Shown here one piece after another: positions 7,005 to 15,416 of a stretch of 63,400 nt of DNA. The position numbers and the translations under genes are program-made. Under the pieces are notes generated by a model that did no database searches, was not told the DNA's origin, and was given only the letters and a program-made list of their open reading frames with translations. The stretch lies in IMG/VR virus record IMGVR_UViG_3300034101_001021, positions 1-63,400 of that record; one strand, written 5' to 3'. Each line of letters starts with the position of its first letter. The first letter of the stretch is position 1. Source of the DNA: a virus (taxonomy: Duplodnaviria > Caudoviricetes).

Positions 7005-7156
7005 GGGACTACGCAGAAATCAGTACCGATATCAAAGCAAAGATCACCGAACTCTATCGTCTTATGAACGAAGGCGATAGGGACGGCGCATTAAAACTAG
7101 CGGTTGATTTAAAGATTTTATCTACAGAACTTGTCCAATCTTTGCTGGACAAATAA
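7001..7156 (+). CDS. Small hypothetical protein (51 aa, not in ORF track)
   Basis: ATGA overlap; MRDYAEISTDIKAKITELYRLMNEG... Confidence 0.55.
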   Translation: MRDYAEISTDIKAKITELYRLMNEGDRDGALKLAVDLKILSTELVQSLLDK

Positions 7157-7200
7157 GTTCTTAAAGCCCACGCCGAGGGGGAATCTCGGCAGGAGAAAAC

Positions 7201-8676
7201 ATGGAACTAGCATTACGCGATCACCAAATGCGGACTATCGACGCATTGCGGGAGGGATTCAAGCAGGGCCACAGATGCCAATTGCTATACGCTCCCACAG
7301 GTACAGGTAAGACCGAGATGGCAATTTATCTTATGAAAGCCACCTCGGAAAATTATAAACGCTCTGTAATGTTGATGGACAGGATTGTTCTGGTGGATCA
7401 AACAAGCGCCAGGTTATCCAAGTACGGAATAGAGCACGGGGTCTACCAAGCAGATCACTGGAGATACAGGCCCCTTGAAAAAATTCAAGTCTGTTCAGCT
7501 CAAACTCTTGAGCGTAGAGATAACTTTCCCCAGACAGAACTACTAATTATAGATGAATGTCATATAAATCGACGCCAGACACTAGAGTTCATCAAGTCAC
7601 GGCCAGAGATGAAGGTCATTGGATTGACCGCTACGCCATTCACAAAGGGTCTGGGGGATGTCTATACCCATGTGGTCAACGGCAGCACCACGGACTTTCT
7701 GGTAACGAATAAGTGGCTGGCTCCGCTGCGGGTCTACATTGCCAAAGAGATCGACATGACTGGGGCCAAGAAGGTAGCAGGCGAGTGGTCTCAGGATGTT
7801 GCAACCGAGCGCGGCATGAAGATCACGGGCGACATCGTGGAGTCATGGATCACCAAGACTCATGAGGTATTCGGACGTCCTAGGAAGACGATTGTCTTTT
7901 GTTCTGGGGTTCAGCACGGCGCAGATCTGGTCGCAAAGTTTGCAGAGCGTGGCTATAACTTCGTGTCTATCAGTTACAAAGACGACGACGAGTTCAAACG
8001 CCAGGCCATCGAGGACTTCAGTAAACCAGACACAACGATTCACGGTCTAATCGCAACCGACATACTAACTCGCGGTTTTGATGTCCCCGATGTGATGATT
8101 GGCGTATCAGCACGACCGTTCTCTAAGTCTCTGTCCTCCCATGTGCAGCAGATGGGCCGTGTAATGCGTTCGTATTCCGGCAAAGAGTACGGCCTCTGGC
8201 TGGATCACTCGGGCAATTACCTGCGGTTCCGTGACGACTGGGACGAGGTATTCAATGACGGTGTGAAAGAACTGGACGATTCAAAAGAAAAGTCCAGGAA
8301 GGAACCGACAGAGAAAGAGAAGAAAGAATCCAAGTGTCCCGCGTGTGGGCATCTATGGCCCAAGGCAGCACTCAGTTGCCCGGCGTGTGGTCATGTAAAA
8401 CCACGGCGCTCATTAGTTTCAGAAATCCCAGGCGAACTACAGGAACTAGGCCAGACCGTCAGGAGAGATGATCGGCAGTCCTTCTATTCACAATTGATCT
8501 ACATTGCCAATGACCGTGGATATGCAAAGGGGTGGGCAGCGCACAAGTACAAAGAAAAGTTCGGTGTCTGGCCCCGTGGTCTTGAGGAAGTCACCAAGGT
8601 TCCAGAGTTCACGACAATGAATTGGATTCGGAGTCGACAGATCGCCTGGGCCAAGAGTAAACGGAGGTTAGCATGA
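7201..8676 (+). CDS. Superfamily II DEAD/DEAH helicase (RadD/YejH-like) with Zn ribbon
   Basis: APTGTGKT, DECH, LTATP, LTRGFD.P, QQMGRVMR, CPACG x2. Confidence 0.95.
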   Translation: MELALRDHQMRTIDALREGFKQGHRCQLLYAPTGTGKTEMAIYLMKATSENYKRSVMLMDRIVLVDQTSARLSKYGIEHGVYQADHWRYRPLEKIQVCSAQTLERRDNFPQTELLIIDECHINRRQTLEFIKSRPEMKVIGLTATPFTKGLGDVYTHVVNGSTTDFLVTNKWLAPLRVYIAKEIDMTGAKKVAGEWSQDVATERGMKITGDIVESWITKTHEVFGRPRKTIVFCSGVQHGADLVAKFAERGYNFVSISYKDDDEFKRQAIEDFSKPDTTIHGLIATDILTRGFDVPDVMIGVSARPFSKSLSSHVQQMGRVMRSYSGKEYGLWLDHSGNYLRFRDDWDEVFNDGVKELDDSKEKSRKEPTEKEKKESKCPACGHLWPKAALSCPACGHVKPRRSLVSEIPGELQELGQTVRRDDRQSFYSQLIYIANDRGYAKGWAAHKYKEKFGVWPRGLEEVTKVPEFTTMNWIRSRQIAWAKSKRRLA

Positions 8677-9458
8677 GTCCAACCGTCGCTGAGTACATAT
8701 CGCTTATGCCAATAAGTCCTGTCTCTCATATTTGGTTTGATGTAACAGAGGAGTCGGGATTTAGGCTCATGTTCGCCAAGTGGATGAAGGAAAATCCATT
8801 AGAAAACATGGACAAGAAGATTGCTGAGATGCCCATGCCCTTTGATCGAATCGGACTGGTCATCACACTAAAGCCAGAAGGAGATCGGTCAACCTGGATA
8901 CCGTATCCCTACTTGATTGATCGCAATGGTTCAGAAATCGCTATAAGGAGTTACATAGTAGGCCTAACAGAGCCAGCGATTTCGGTGGTGTTCAAGGAAA
9001 ACTTTAACTATAAAGATTCTTGCGTTTTAAAATATCACCCAAAATATTTGAAGGCTTTGGGTGTAGATCAAAAAGATGTCTCAAGTCTCCGAGAAGATAC
9101 GCTGAGATCAACAGAAATCCTGATGTCCAGAATCTTTATGTTGTGTTACGGCATCCCGGCCCAGGGCTACAAGGTAATTGGTTCCAAACTGCGAGACCAT
9201 CACCACAACGCCAAGCGCAGAGCAAAAGGTAAGCGGCAGTTTTTTGAGTGGACAACTGTCGAGATCGATACCAAATCAAGATCCGAAGAGATGGTCTCCC
9301 AAGGCGGGACTCACGCCAGCCCGAAACCCCATGATCGTCGAGGGCATCAGCGTCGATACAAAAATGGCAAGGTCGTTTACATTCGGCCAACAACGATCAA
9401 TCGGCACAAGATACCGACAGAGGGATTCATTCACCATGACTACAGGGTATCGGTATGA
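8673..9458 (+). CDS. Conserved phage hypothetical protein
   Basis: C-terminal GGTHASP.PH.RRGH.R motif. Confidence 0.75.
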   Translation: MSPTVAEYISLMPISPVSHIWFDVTEESGFRLMFAKWMKENPLENMDKKIAEMPMPFDRIGLVITLKPEGDRSTWIPYPYLIDRNGSEIAIRSYIVGLTEPAISVVFKENFNYKDSCVLKYHPKYLKALGVDQKDVSSLREDTLRSTEILMSRIFMLCYGIPAQGYKVIGSKLRDHHHNAKRRAKGKRQFFEWTTVEIDTKSRSEEMVSQGGTHASPKPHDRRGHQRRYKNGKVVYIRPTTINRHKIPTEGFIHHDYRVSV

Positions 9459-10291
9459 CATTTGAAGACTTCGCCCGTGCTCATGGTCTCGTCATCAATC
9501 AAGCCATTCACAATCGATGGGTGGCGACGCCCACGACAGATCACCCTCACAAACGGAACGGTAGATACAAGTTGATCGGGGATATTGGGTGGGTGCAGAA
9601 CTGGGCAACCATGGAAGGCCCGGCGATGTGGAAGTCAGACAAACCCGTCGCCATTCGTCCCGTCATGATCAAAGATGACCGCGCAGAACTGGCGGCAAAG
9701 GCGGCAAAGAAAGCGGCCTGGATTCTCAATCAATGCGAACTAAAGACGCATCCGTATCTGGAGAAAAAGGGATTCCCGAACGACCGGGGCAATGTCTGGG
9801 AGACCGAAGGAAAGAGCCTCTTAGTTATTCCCATGCGGCGGGCGGGCAGACTTGTCGGATGTCAGATGATAAGCGCAGAGGGGGAAAAAAAGTTCTTGTA
9901 TGGTCAGGCTACGAAAGGCGCAGCCTTCATGATCGATGCAAAAGGCATCCCCATTTTCTGCGAGGGTTACGCGACCGCCCTGTCCATAAGAGCCGTCATG
10001 CAGGCCATAAATATGCGCTACACGATCTACTGCTGTTTTTCGGCAGGGAATATGAAGGAAGTAGCGCGGAGCATCGTCGGGGGCATCGTCATCGCGGACA
10101 ATGACGCCAGCGGAACCGGTGAGAGATTTGCCCTTGAGATAGGCAAACCGTACTGGCTCGCCCCCACAACCGGGCACGACTTCAATGACGCACACCAAGT
10201 CGAGGGGGTGTTCCATGTCTCACAATCTCTCAAGAAAGTGTTGATAAGTGCGAAGCGAGTTTCCGTTGAAAATGGGCCTCAATCTGCCTGA
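9455..10291 (+). CDS. TOPRIM-domain primase
   Basis: HPYL..KG, CEGYATALS, FSAGN, IADND..G.G, DFND. Confidence 0.9.
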   Translation: MTFEDFARAHGLVINQAIHNRWVATPTTDHPHKRNGRYKLIGDIGWVQNWATMEGPAMWKSDKPVAIRPVMIKDDRAELAAKAAKKAAWILNQCELKTHPYLEKKGFPNDRGNVWETEGKSLLVIPMRRAGRLVGCQMISAEGEKKFLYGQATKGAAFMIDAKGIPIFCEGYATALSIRAVMQAINMRYTIYCCFSAGNMKEVARSIVGGIVIADNDASGTGERFALEIGKPYWLAPTTGHDFNDAHQVEGVFHVSQSLKKVLISAKRVSVENGPQSA

Positions 10292-10502
10292 TTCTCTCAA
10301 TCGAAACTTCGTGTTCTTTCGCAACCGTCGCCAGGGTCTGCCCCGATAGTCTCATGTTGATGATCGACCACATACGGTCGAGTATCTCCTGAGTCCGTCG
10401 GGGAAGCATGGCATCAAACGCCTCACGATCAGGCATCGGAACCAGCCTGTATCCGTCATCATCACGGATAGGTACGCGACCGCCGCCTTGTTTTAAGTTC
10501 AT
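10230..10502 (-). CDS. Sigma70 region 4-like HTH protein
   Basis: MRLSGQTLATVAKEHEVSIERIRQIE. Confidence 0.75.
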   Translation of the reverse strand: MNLKQGGGRVPIRDDDGYRLVPMPDREAFDAMLPRRTQEILDRMWSIINMRLSGQTLATVAKEHEVSIERIRQIEAHFQRKLASHLSTLS

Positions 10503-10636
10503 GGCGCCGCCTCAAAAAAGATCATCACCGCCCACAATCCAACCCATAATCCAGCCAACAGGCCGGCACTCACGATCAAGTTCTGGGCAAACTCCGACCA
10601 GGACTCCGCGAAGAATAAATCTTTTAACCAATTCAT
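10499..10636 (-). CDS. Small membrane protein (45 aa, not in ORF track)
   Basis: MNWLKDLFFAESWSEFAQNLIVSAGLLAGLWVGLWAVMIFFEAAP; ATGA-coupled. Confidence 0.55.
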   Translation of the reverse strand: MNWLKDLFFAESWSEFAQNLIVSAGLLAGLWVGLWAVMIFFEAAP

Positions 10637-10657
10637 GCTCATTCCTTTGTGATTAAT

Positions 10658-11227
10658 CTATATGACAATGCCGTCGCCATTGCACTCAGGGCAATCTATC
10701 CATACAGGTGTCAGACCATCAGCACCTTCAAAAGAATGCCCTTCATCCTGCCAATGACTAGCGCAACTTTCACAACCATGTGTGGCATTCCAAAGCCGAT
10801 TAGCCTCGGCATTGACTTCTTCGACAGTCTCATAAAACCGCTTGGCGAACTCCTCTGGTTCCTCGTCAAGGTGCTTAATCTCAACTTCAAACTCACCCGT
10901 CCCTTCGTCACAACCCTCGACAATCGAGCCAACCATAAGGGCAGTCACCAACACCCCTTGAGAATCCATGTCTGCCCATGTGCCCAGACGATACAGATCA
11001 TCAGAATGCATCCATTCGGTCACTTCTTTTTCATGCGGGTAATCGTCAAAACCATCAGGTTCAATCACCTTGATGTACTGAATCTGTGCAGATAACCAAG
11101 GCCCGCATTCGGTGTATTTGTAGGTCTGTCGGTAAAGATCGCCTAAGCCTTTTGCATCCGGGAATGCTTGGGCAAGTAGACTGTTATCGAGGTTTTCCTG
11201 GTCGTACTCCGGTGGATAGTCGTTCAT
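10658..11227 (-). CDS. Acidic hypothetical early protein with C-terminal Zn finger
   Basis: GGAGAG RBS before ATG 11227; CESC...CPECNGDG; very D/E-rich. Confidence 0.75.
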   Translation of the reverse strand: MNDYPPEYDQENLDNSLLAQAFPDAKGLGDLYRQTYKYTECGPWLSAQIQYIKVIEPDGFDDYPHEKEVTEWMHSDDLYRLGTWADMDSQGVLVTALMVGSIVEGCDEGTGEFEVEIKHLDEEPEEFAKRFYETVEEVNAEANRLWNATHGCESCASHWQDEGHSFEGADGLTPVWIDCPECNGDGIVI

Positions 11228-11238
11228 GATCTCTCCCC

Positions 11239-11616
11239 CTACCAGTTCGCCATCGTTTTGAAAACCCGCTTGTACTCTGCGTAGTCTTTGAATCCCGTGA
11301 TTGATTCGCAATGCCGCAGGAATTTGTCGTCCATGAAATGCCCTTGGGCTAATTCATCGCGGGATTTTGGAAGGGCTCGCCATTCCTCACCATCATAAGC
11401 ACTAGCCAGAACAAACTTGATCGAGTTCCAGGTCTTTTCGTCGTATCCATCGGGGCATAAATCCTCATCATCAACCCGTCCATAACCGTCGTAGTAACCC
11501 GTGATCTTCCGACCGTCTGGGTACAAGGCAACCACCTCGGAGAGCGCAGGAAACCCGCGTAACTGGTGAACGACTGGCTTATTTGTTTTCACGCACACTT
11601 TAGAAAAGAAACCCAT
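11239..11616 (-). CDS. Hypothetical early protein
   Basis: MGFFS..C...G.YDGYGRV motif. Confidence 0.75.
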   Translation of the reverse strand: MGFFSKVCVKTNKPVVHQLRGFPALSEVVALYPDGRKITGYYDGYGRVDDEDLCPDGYDEKTWNSIKFVLASAYDGEEWRALPKSRDELAQGHFMDDKFLRHCESITGFKDYAEYKRVFKTMANW

Positions 11617-11618
11617 GA

Positions 11619-11705
11619 TCAGACTCCCAGAATATTTAAGTAAATGATTCCCGCGCAGATGGTGAGAATCACAAAGTAGAAAATGAAAAGAATTTGGCCC
11701 ATCAT
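11619..11705 (-). CDS. Micro membrane peptide (28 aa, not in ORF track)
   Basis: MMGQILFIFYFVILTICAGIIYLNILGV; GGAGG RBS, ATGA overlap. Confidence 0.5.
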   Translation of the reverse strand: MMGQILFIFYFVILTICAGIIYLNILGV

Positions 11706-11941
11706 TCCCTCCATGCCGGGATTACCGGGTTCGTTTTGCTGGTCGTGAACAGTACGCCCGCGTCGTTTCCTTCATCATCAGCGGCGGGGAATATCATCGA
11801 TCCGTCGTCAAGTTCTAAGACCAGGGCTCGGCTCTGCCAAAAGAAGTCCTGCATCTCGGGAATGGTCATATATCGAACCCCCACGATACGGCGCCCTAGG
11901 AGTTGATCTGAGGCGATTTCCGCCCATTTGGTGAGTGTCAT
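11702..11941 (-). CDS. Hypothetical early protein
   Basis: LLGRRIV.VRYMT...DDEGND.G.LF motif. Confidence 0.75.
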   Translation of the reverse strand: MTLTKWAEIASDQLLGRRIVGVRYMTIPEMQDFFWQSRALVLELDDGSMIFPAADDEGNDAGVLFTTSKTNPVIPAWRE

Positions 11942-11951
11942 GATTTACCTT

Positions 11952-12290
11952 TCAGAATTTGGGGCAGTCATTCACGACAAAATCGTCGAAATGCTTCATT
12001 GCGTATTGCATCGCGGCTCCGTGGGTCTCAAAAACTCCCACGGAGTTGCCATCATTCACGACCACAAAGGCCCGTGCTGGCGGTTTCTTGAACGAAGGAA
12101 TGGAGAAAAACTCCTTCTCCTTCCCGTTCAGCGTCTCCCCGTCCTTATGGGTGAGGCCGATACAATGCCCGTTATCGTGGAATTTGATCAGGTATTGGCC
12201 CAGGTTATCCTTCACAACCTCATAGCCGTTATGCACCCAGAAAACCCGGTCTCCGCGTTCCAGGGCGGCTTTGATCTCGCGCGTGTTCAT
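11952..12290 (-). CDS. Hypothetical early protein
   Basis: GGAGG RBS; EIK.AL..G..V.W...GYEV. Confidence 0.7.
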   Translation of the reverse strand: MNTREIKAALERGDRVFWVHNGYEVVKDNLGQYLIKFHDNGHCIGLTHKDGETLNGKEKEFFSIPSFKKPPARAFVVVNDGNSVGVFETHGAAMQYAMKHFDDFVVNDCPKF

Positions 12291-12466
12291 GACTGCACCT
12301 CCTCATCGCAATAATCAGACACGCCGGCCTCGTAACCTTGTTGGTAAAAATGGCGACAATTCCCCTCGGATTCTGAATATGGGTCTGGATCGTAGCCCTT
12401 GGATCGTCCGTAGTAATAGCCCAGGGCGTAGGCGTAAAGATCCATTCGGGTGATGTCTTGGCTCAT
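12287..12466 (-). CDS. Hypothetical early protein (59 aa, not in ORF track)
   Basis: MSQDITRMDLYAYALGYYYGRSKG...YQQGYEAGVSDY; ATGA overlaps at both ends. Confidence 0.65.
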   Translation of the reverse strand: MSQDITRMDLYAYALGYYYGRSKGYDPDPYSESEGNCRHFYQQGYEAGVSDYCDEEVQS

Positions 12467-12735
12467 GACCGCACCTCGGCTCGGTAGGACGGCAGGGAGC
12501 GCACAAAAGAATCGTTTCGGGGTTCGTTTACCTCTAGCACCTTAAACTCACGACCAGCGGCGCCCATTGCCCGCGTGAAAAGGGAAAGGTCGCAATCCTC
12601 CTCAAGAAAAACCTTGTCGAGTCTCTGATAGGAATACCGGCTGATGTCGTCGGCAATGCCTAGGTCGTGCAACAAATCGCGTGGAACTTCTAACCAGCCG
12701 TGGCCAGGGTCAGCGTAGAAGGTGAATGTCTGCAT
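12463..12735 (-). CDS. Conserved phage early protein (DPGHGWL...LEEDCD)
   Basis: Motifs DPGHGWLEV, IS.YSY, FLEEDCD; AAGGAGAG RBS. Confidence 0.8.
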   Translation of the reverse strand: MQTFTFYADPGHGWLEVPRDLLHDLGIADDISRYSYQRLDKVFLEEDCDLSLFTRAMGAAGREFKVLEVNEPRNDSFVRSLPSYRAEVRS

Positions 12736-12804
12736 GGTTTATCTCTCCTTGGTTATGACGCAAAACGCGTCCCCTAACCCCCATAAGGGGCTAGAGGCCG
12801 GGTT

Positions 12805-13221
12805 CTAGTAGACGCATATTCCGCGCGAGTAGTAAGCGGCGGGGTCTTTACCCTCTGGAACATCGCCAGGGCGCAGGATATACAGAGCGGCTCCGCGTGG
12901 GTCTCCCTGGATGTAGGTACTGAGAACATCGGTTTCCGTCCGCTCGTTGCGTGTTTTGATAATCTCCGACAGTCGGCGGTGGGCTCCAGTCTCGCGGTCT
13001 GCCACCGGGTAGCGTCGTCCGTTTTTGGCCCCTACAAAATAAGGTTTCCCGGTAGTTTCGTCCCGCTCGATATGCCCGCTATGGTCTCCGCACTCCAGTT
13101 CGTGCCAACGGTGCAGGGTCATGGATATGCGGCGCATACGCTCGCACTCGTTGAAGGTGAACCCCAGGCGCATCATGGCGTTATAGGTATGGGTGCGGTT
13201 TTCGCGTTCGGCTTTGGTCAT
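12805..13221 (-). CDS. Hypothetical early protein
   Basis: LHRWHELEC, DRE.GA, Q.DPRGAALY motifs. Confidence 0.8.
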   Translation of the reverse strand: MTKAERENRTHTYNAMMRLGFTFNECERMRRISMTLHRWHELECGDHSGHIERDETTGKPYFVGAKNGRRYPVADRETGAHRRLSEIIKTRNERTETDVLSTYIQGDPRGAALYILRPGDVPEGKDPAAYYSRGICVY

Positions 13222-13225
13222 GGTT

Positions 13226-13405
13226 TTAGGCTCCGGTGGTTTCTTCGATTAATTTGGTGGCGCAGGGTTGGCAGTAATAGGCGGCATAAGCGGGCCCGTC
13301 TAGGTCTGCGACTGTCTGCGATAGGGCGAAAATGCGATTGCAGGCGTAACAGTAGACGCGGGCATCGTTGTGCGGCGTGTCTGGCAAGTATTGAAATAAG
13401 CGCAT
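13226..13405 (-). CDS. Small Zn-finger-like protein
   Basis: CYAC...CQPC; GGAG RBS before ATG 13405. Confidence 0.55.
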   Translation of the reverse strand: MRLFQYLPDTPHNDARVYCYACNRIFALSQTVADLDGPAYAAYYCQPCATKLIEETTGA

Positions 13406-13416
13406 GGCAAGGGCTC

Positions 13417-13439
13417 CAAAAAGCCCCCGAAGGGGCAAA
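13417..13439 (-). terminator. Rho-independent terminator (minus strand)
   Basis: GCCCC-TTCG-GGGGC-TTTTT on the minus strand. Confidence 0.75.
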
Positions 13440-13443
13440 GGGG

Positions 13444-13803
13444 TTATGCGGGGTTGGTGTCGTAGTAGGCCGGAACTGTTTCATAGCCGGCGGCGAGCAG
13501 TTCTAAACGGGCGTCGTCGTCCCAATGTTCCGGGAGTGAACCTTCGATCACGAAAGCCCATTCGGTTTGATCTTCGTCTTCGTCGTCGAAAATTGCTTGC
13601 ACTTCGTAATAAGTCCCGAAGTCGTGTCCGTTTGCCTTGGTGCGGAAGTACAGGCCGGTTTCTATTGCCTCGGGGAAAGTACGCTCTAGTTGGTGCTTGA
13701 ACACGCGACACTCTAGGCGGGCGCGGCGCTCGTAGTCGTCCGAACCTACACCGGCGCAGGGTTCGTTTACGGGTACGGAACAGAGTTCTAGGTAGTCTTT
13801 CAT
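13444..13803 (-). CDS. Hypothetical early protein
   Basis: P..EPCA.VG..DY, HDFGTYYEV, LPE.WD. Confidence 0.8.
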   Translation of the reverse strand: MKDYLELCSVPVNEPCAGVGSDDYERRARLECRVFKHQLERTFPEAIETGLYFRTKANGHDFGTYYEVQAIFDDEDEDQTEWAFVIEGSLPEHWDDDARLELLAAGYETVPAYYDTNPA

Positions 13804-13807
13804 GGTG

Positions 13808-14131
13808 TTATTCCTTGATTAGGTTATGTACTTGCATGGCACGGCGCCAATATTTGGCGGCGCGTGGTTTGTTGAGGCTGGAAAAATGGAGTGCGTATTG
13901 AGTCTGTTCGCCTGTTCTGTAATCCGTTTCCGGTTCAGTCTGAAGCCACTCATATGCCGATCCGGTTGCTGGCGAGCATGAAGGGTAAAGAAATCCTTCC
14001 CGGCCCATCATGTTGACCAGTTCCCGGAACCTAATTGGTTGATTTACAAATTCAAAGCCGCGCGTGTTTGTGTCTCCGGCTTCTATGTCGTCCTGCGTCC
14101 AGGTTTCAAAGGTGCGAGATATTAAGATCAT
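13808..14131 (-). CDS. Hypothetical early protein
   Basis: AAGGA RBS before ATG 14131 (MILISRTFETWT...E.GD...GF). Confidence 0.7.
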   Translation of the reverse strand: MILISRTFETWTQDDIEAGDTNTRGFEFVNQPIRFRELVNMMGREGFLYPSCSPATGSAYEWLQTEPETDYRTGEQTQYALHFSSLNKPRAAKYWRRAMQVHNLIKE

Positions 14132-14133
14132 GT

Positions 14134-14295
14134 TTACTTTCCTTTCGTGTGGTAGGGCATGAAGGCAACAAAAATGGAAAAGATGATTACCAGCCCAGTG
14201 ATGGCGCGGGCATAAAATGGGTGCAAGTCTCCGCTGAGTACCAGGGCGACTGTCGCGGCGATAACAGACAAAATGGTGAAAATATAGAGTTTCAT
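14134..14295 (-). CDS. Small two-TM membrane protein (53 aa, not in ORF track)
   Basis: MKLYIFTILSVIAATVALVLSGDLHPFYARAITGLVIIFSIFVAFMPYHTKGK; first gene of the minus operon. Confidence 0.6.
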   Translation of the reverse strand: MKLYIFTILSVIAATVALVLSGDLHPFYARAITGLVIIFSIFVAFMPYHTKGK

Positions 14296-14486
14296 TTGGT
14301 GGTTGGCTCCGTGTGGTTGATTGGTACAGTTGCATCCTACAGGTGTTTGGACTTGAAAAACAAGGGGTGTTCCATTCTTTGTTGCAATCGTTTGGCGCGA
14401 TTGATAGGATTCGGCTATTCCCGGTTTGTACCCGTCTGGCGGGCATAGTCGGCGGGGGTTAAAGCGCGAAGCGCAGAAGGCAAAGA

Positions 14487-15290
14487 ATGAAACTCAGTCG
14501 TAAAGCAATGAAGGAAGCACTAGACACAGTACCCATGGATGTCGTCCTACTGGGTAGTGCCGGCGCATCAGGGGAGAAAAGGCTTAGCCCAAAGGAAATA
14601 GAGTTTGCCAGGGCGATAGCACTCGGGGAAAGCAAGGCGGGCGCATACAGAAAAAGCCGACCAAATAGCAAGGCAAAACCAGAGAACCAGAGCCGAAGGG
14701 GTCAGGAGCTGATGAAGAAAAGCGCAGTACAAGCGCAAGTCGAAGCCTTCCAGCGGGCTATTGAGGCGCAAAGATATCAAACCCCTGCTCACTTGCGGGC
14801 TCTGGTCATCCACCAGCTTACCGAAGCGGCCCTGAACCCTGACTTTCCACCGGCTACCAGGGTGAACGCACTCAAGGCGCTGGGCACAGTTACCGAAGTC
14901 GCGGCATTCACAGAGCGGCGCGAAGTTATCAAGTCCACCGATTCCACCGAGGCTCGGGAACGCCTGCTCGCAAGCCTACGCATGGCCATGCAGTCGCAAG
15001 CCGTGGATGTCGATGCCAACGATCTATTGGCAGAACTCGCACCCGCCCCCATGCGAAACGCGGCAGACGCAGACCCCGCCACCCCCACCCCCCAAGACTG
15101 TAGCGATGAGGAGGGGCTAACTACGCATAGTAATCCGCACAACCAATCGTCAGACTGTAACAACTTTACAGACACCCCATCCAATGCCTGTACCAATTTT
15201 ACAGGGGGGGATCTAAATTTTCCCGATGGCTCTGTAACGCCGGATATAGAAGATACCCCCCCTTATGAAAAGGGTACCCCTGAAAAGTGA
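14487..15290 (+). CDS. terS: Terminase small subunit
   Basis: LSPKEIEFARAIALGESKAGAY HTH, RVNALKALG; position upstream of terL. Confidence 0.7.
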   Translation: MKLSRKAMKEALDTVPMDVVLLGSAGASGEKRLSPKEIEFARAIALGESKAGAYRKSRPNSKAKPENQSRRGQELMKKSAVQAQVEAFQRAIEAQRYQTPAHLRALVIHQLTEAALNPDFPPATRVNALKALGTVTEVAAFTERREVIKSTDSTEARERLLASLRMAMQSQAVDVDANDLLAELAPAPMRNAADADPATPTPQDCSDEEGLTTHSNPHNQSSDCNNFTDTPSNACTNFTGGDLNFPDGSVTPDIEDTPPYEKGTPEK

Positions 15291-15389
15291 GTACTGTAAC
15301 ATTATGTTACAGTGCAAATGTACCAAAGTTATAGTGCTACGTAACAGTGATACAGAGCAAGAGTACTGTAACATGATGTTACAGTGCAA
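15289..15389. repeat. Two 29-bp direct repeats, each containing a 21-bp palindrome
   Basis: GAGTACTGTAACAT[T/G]ATGTTACAGTGCAA at 15289-317 and 15361-389. Confidence 0.95.
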
Positions 15390-15416
15390 GTAACAGTGTT
15401 ACGGCAAGGATAGAAA

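Noticed and set aside
10649-14448. Plus-strand ORFs over the early region (10649, 11928, 12979, 14035)
   Set aside because: Antisense shadows of a coupled minus-strand operon that has clear RBSs
15293-15385. Canonical host LexA SOS boxes
   Set aside because: CTGT...ACAG spacing is 9-11 nt at all copies, not the required 8
15289-15402. CRISPR mini-array
   Set aside because: Only two repeats, the 43-bp spacer itself contains the same half-sites, single copies occur at distant promoters, and there is no cas operon (the 60922 nuclease sits in a recombination operon)
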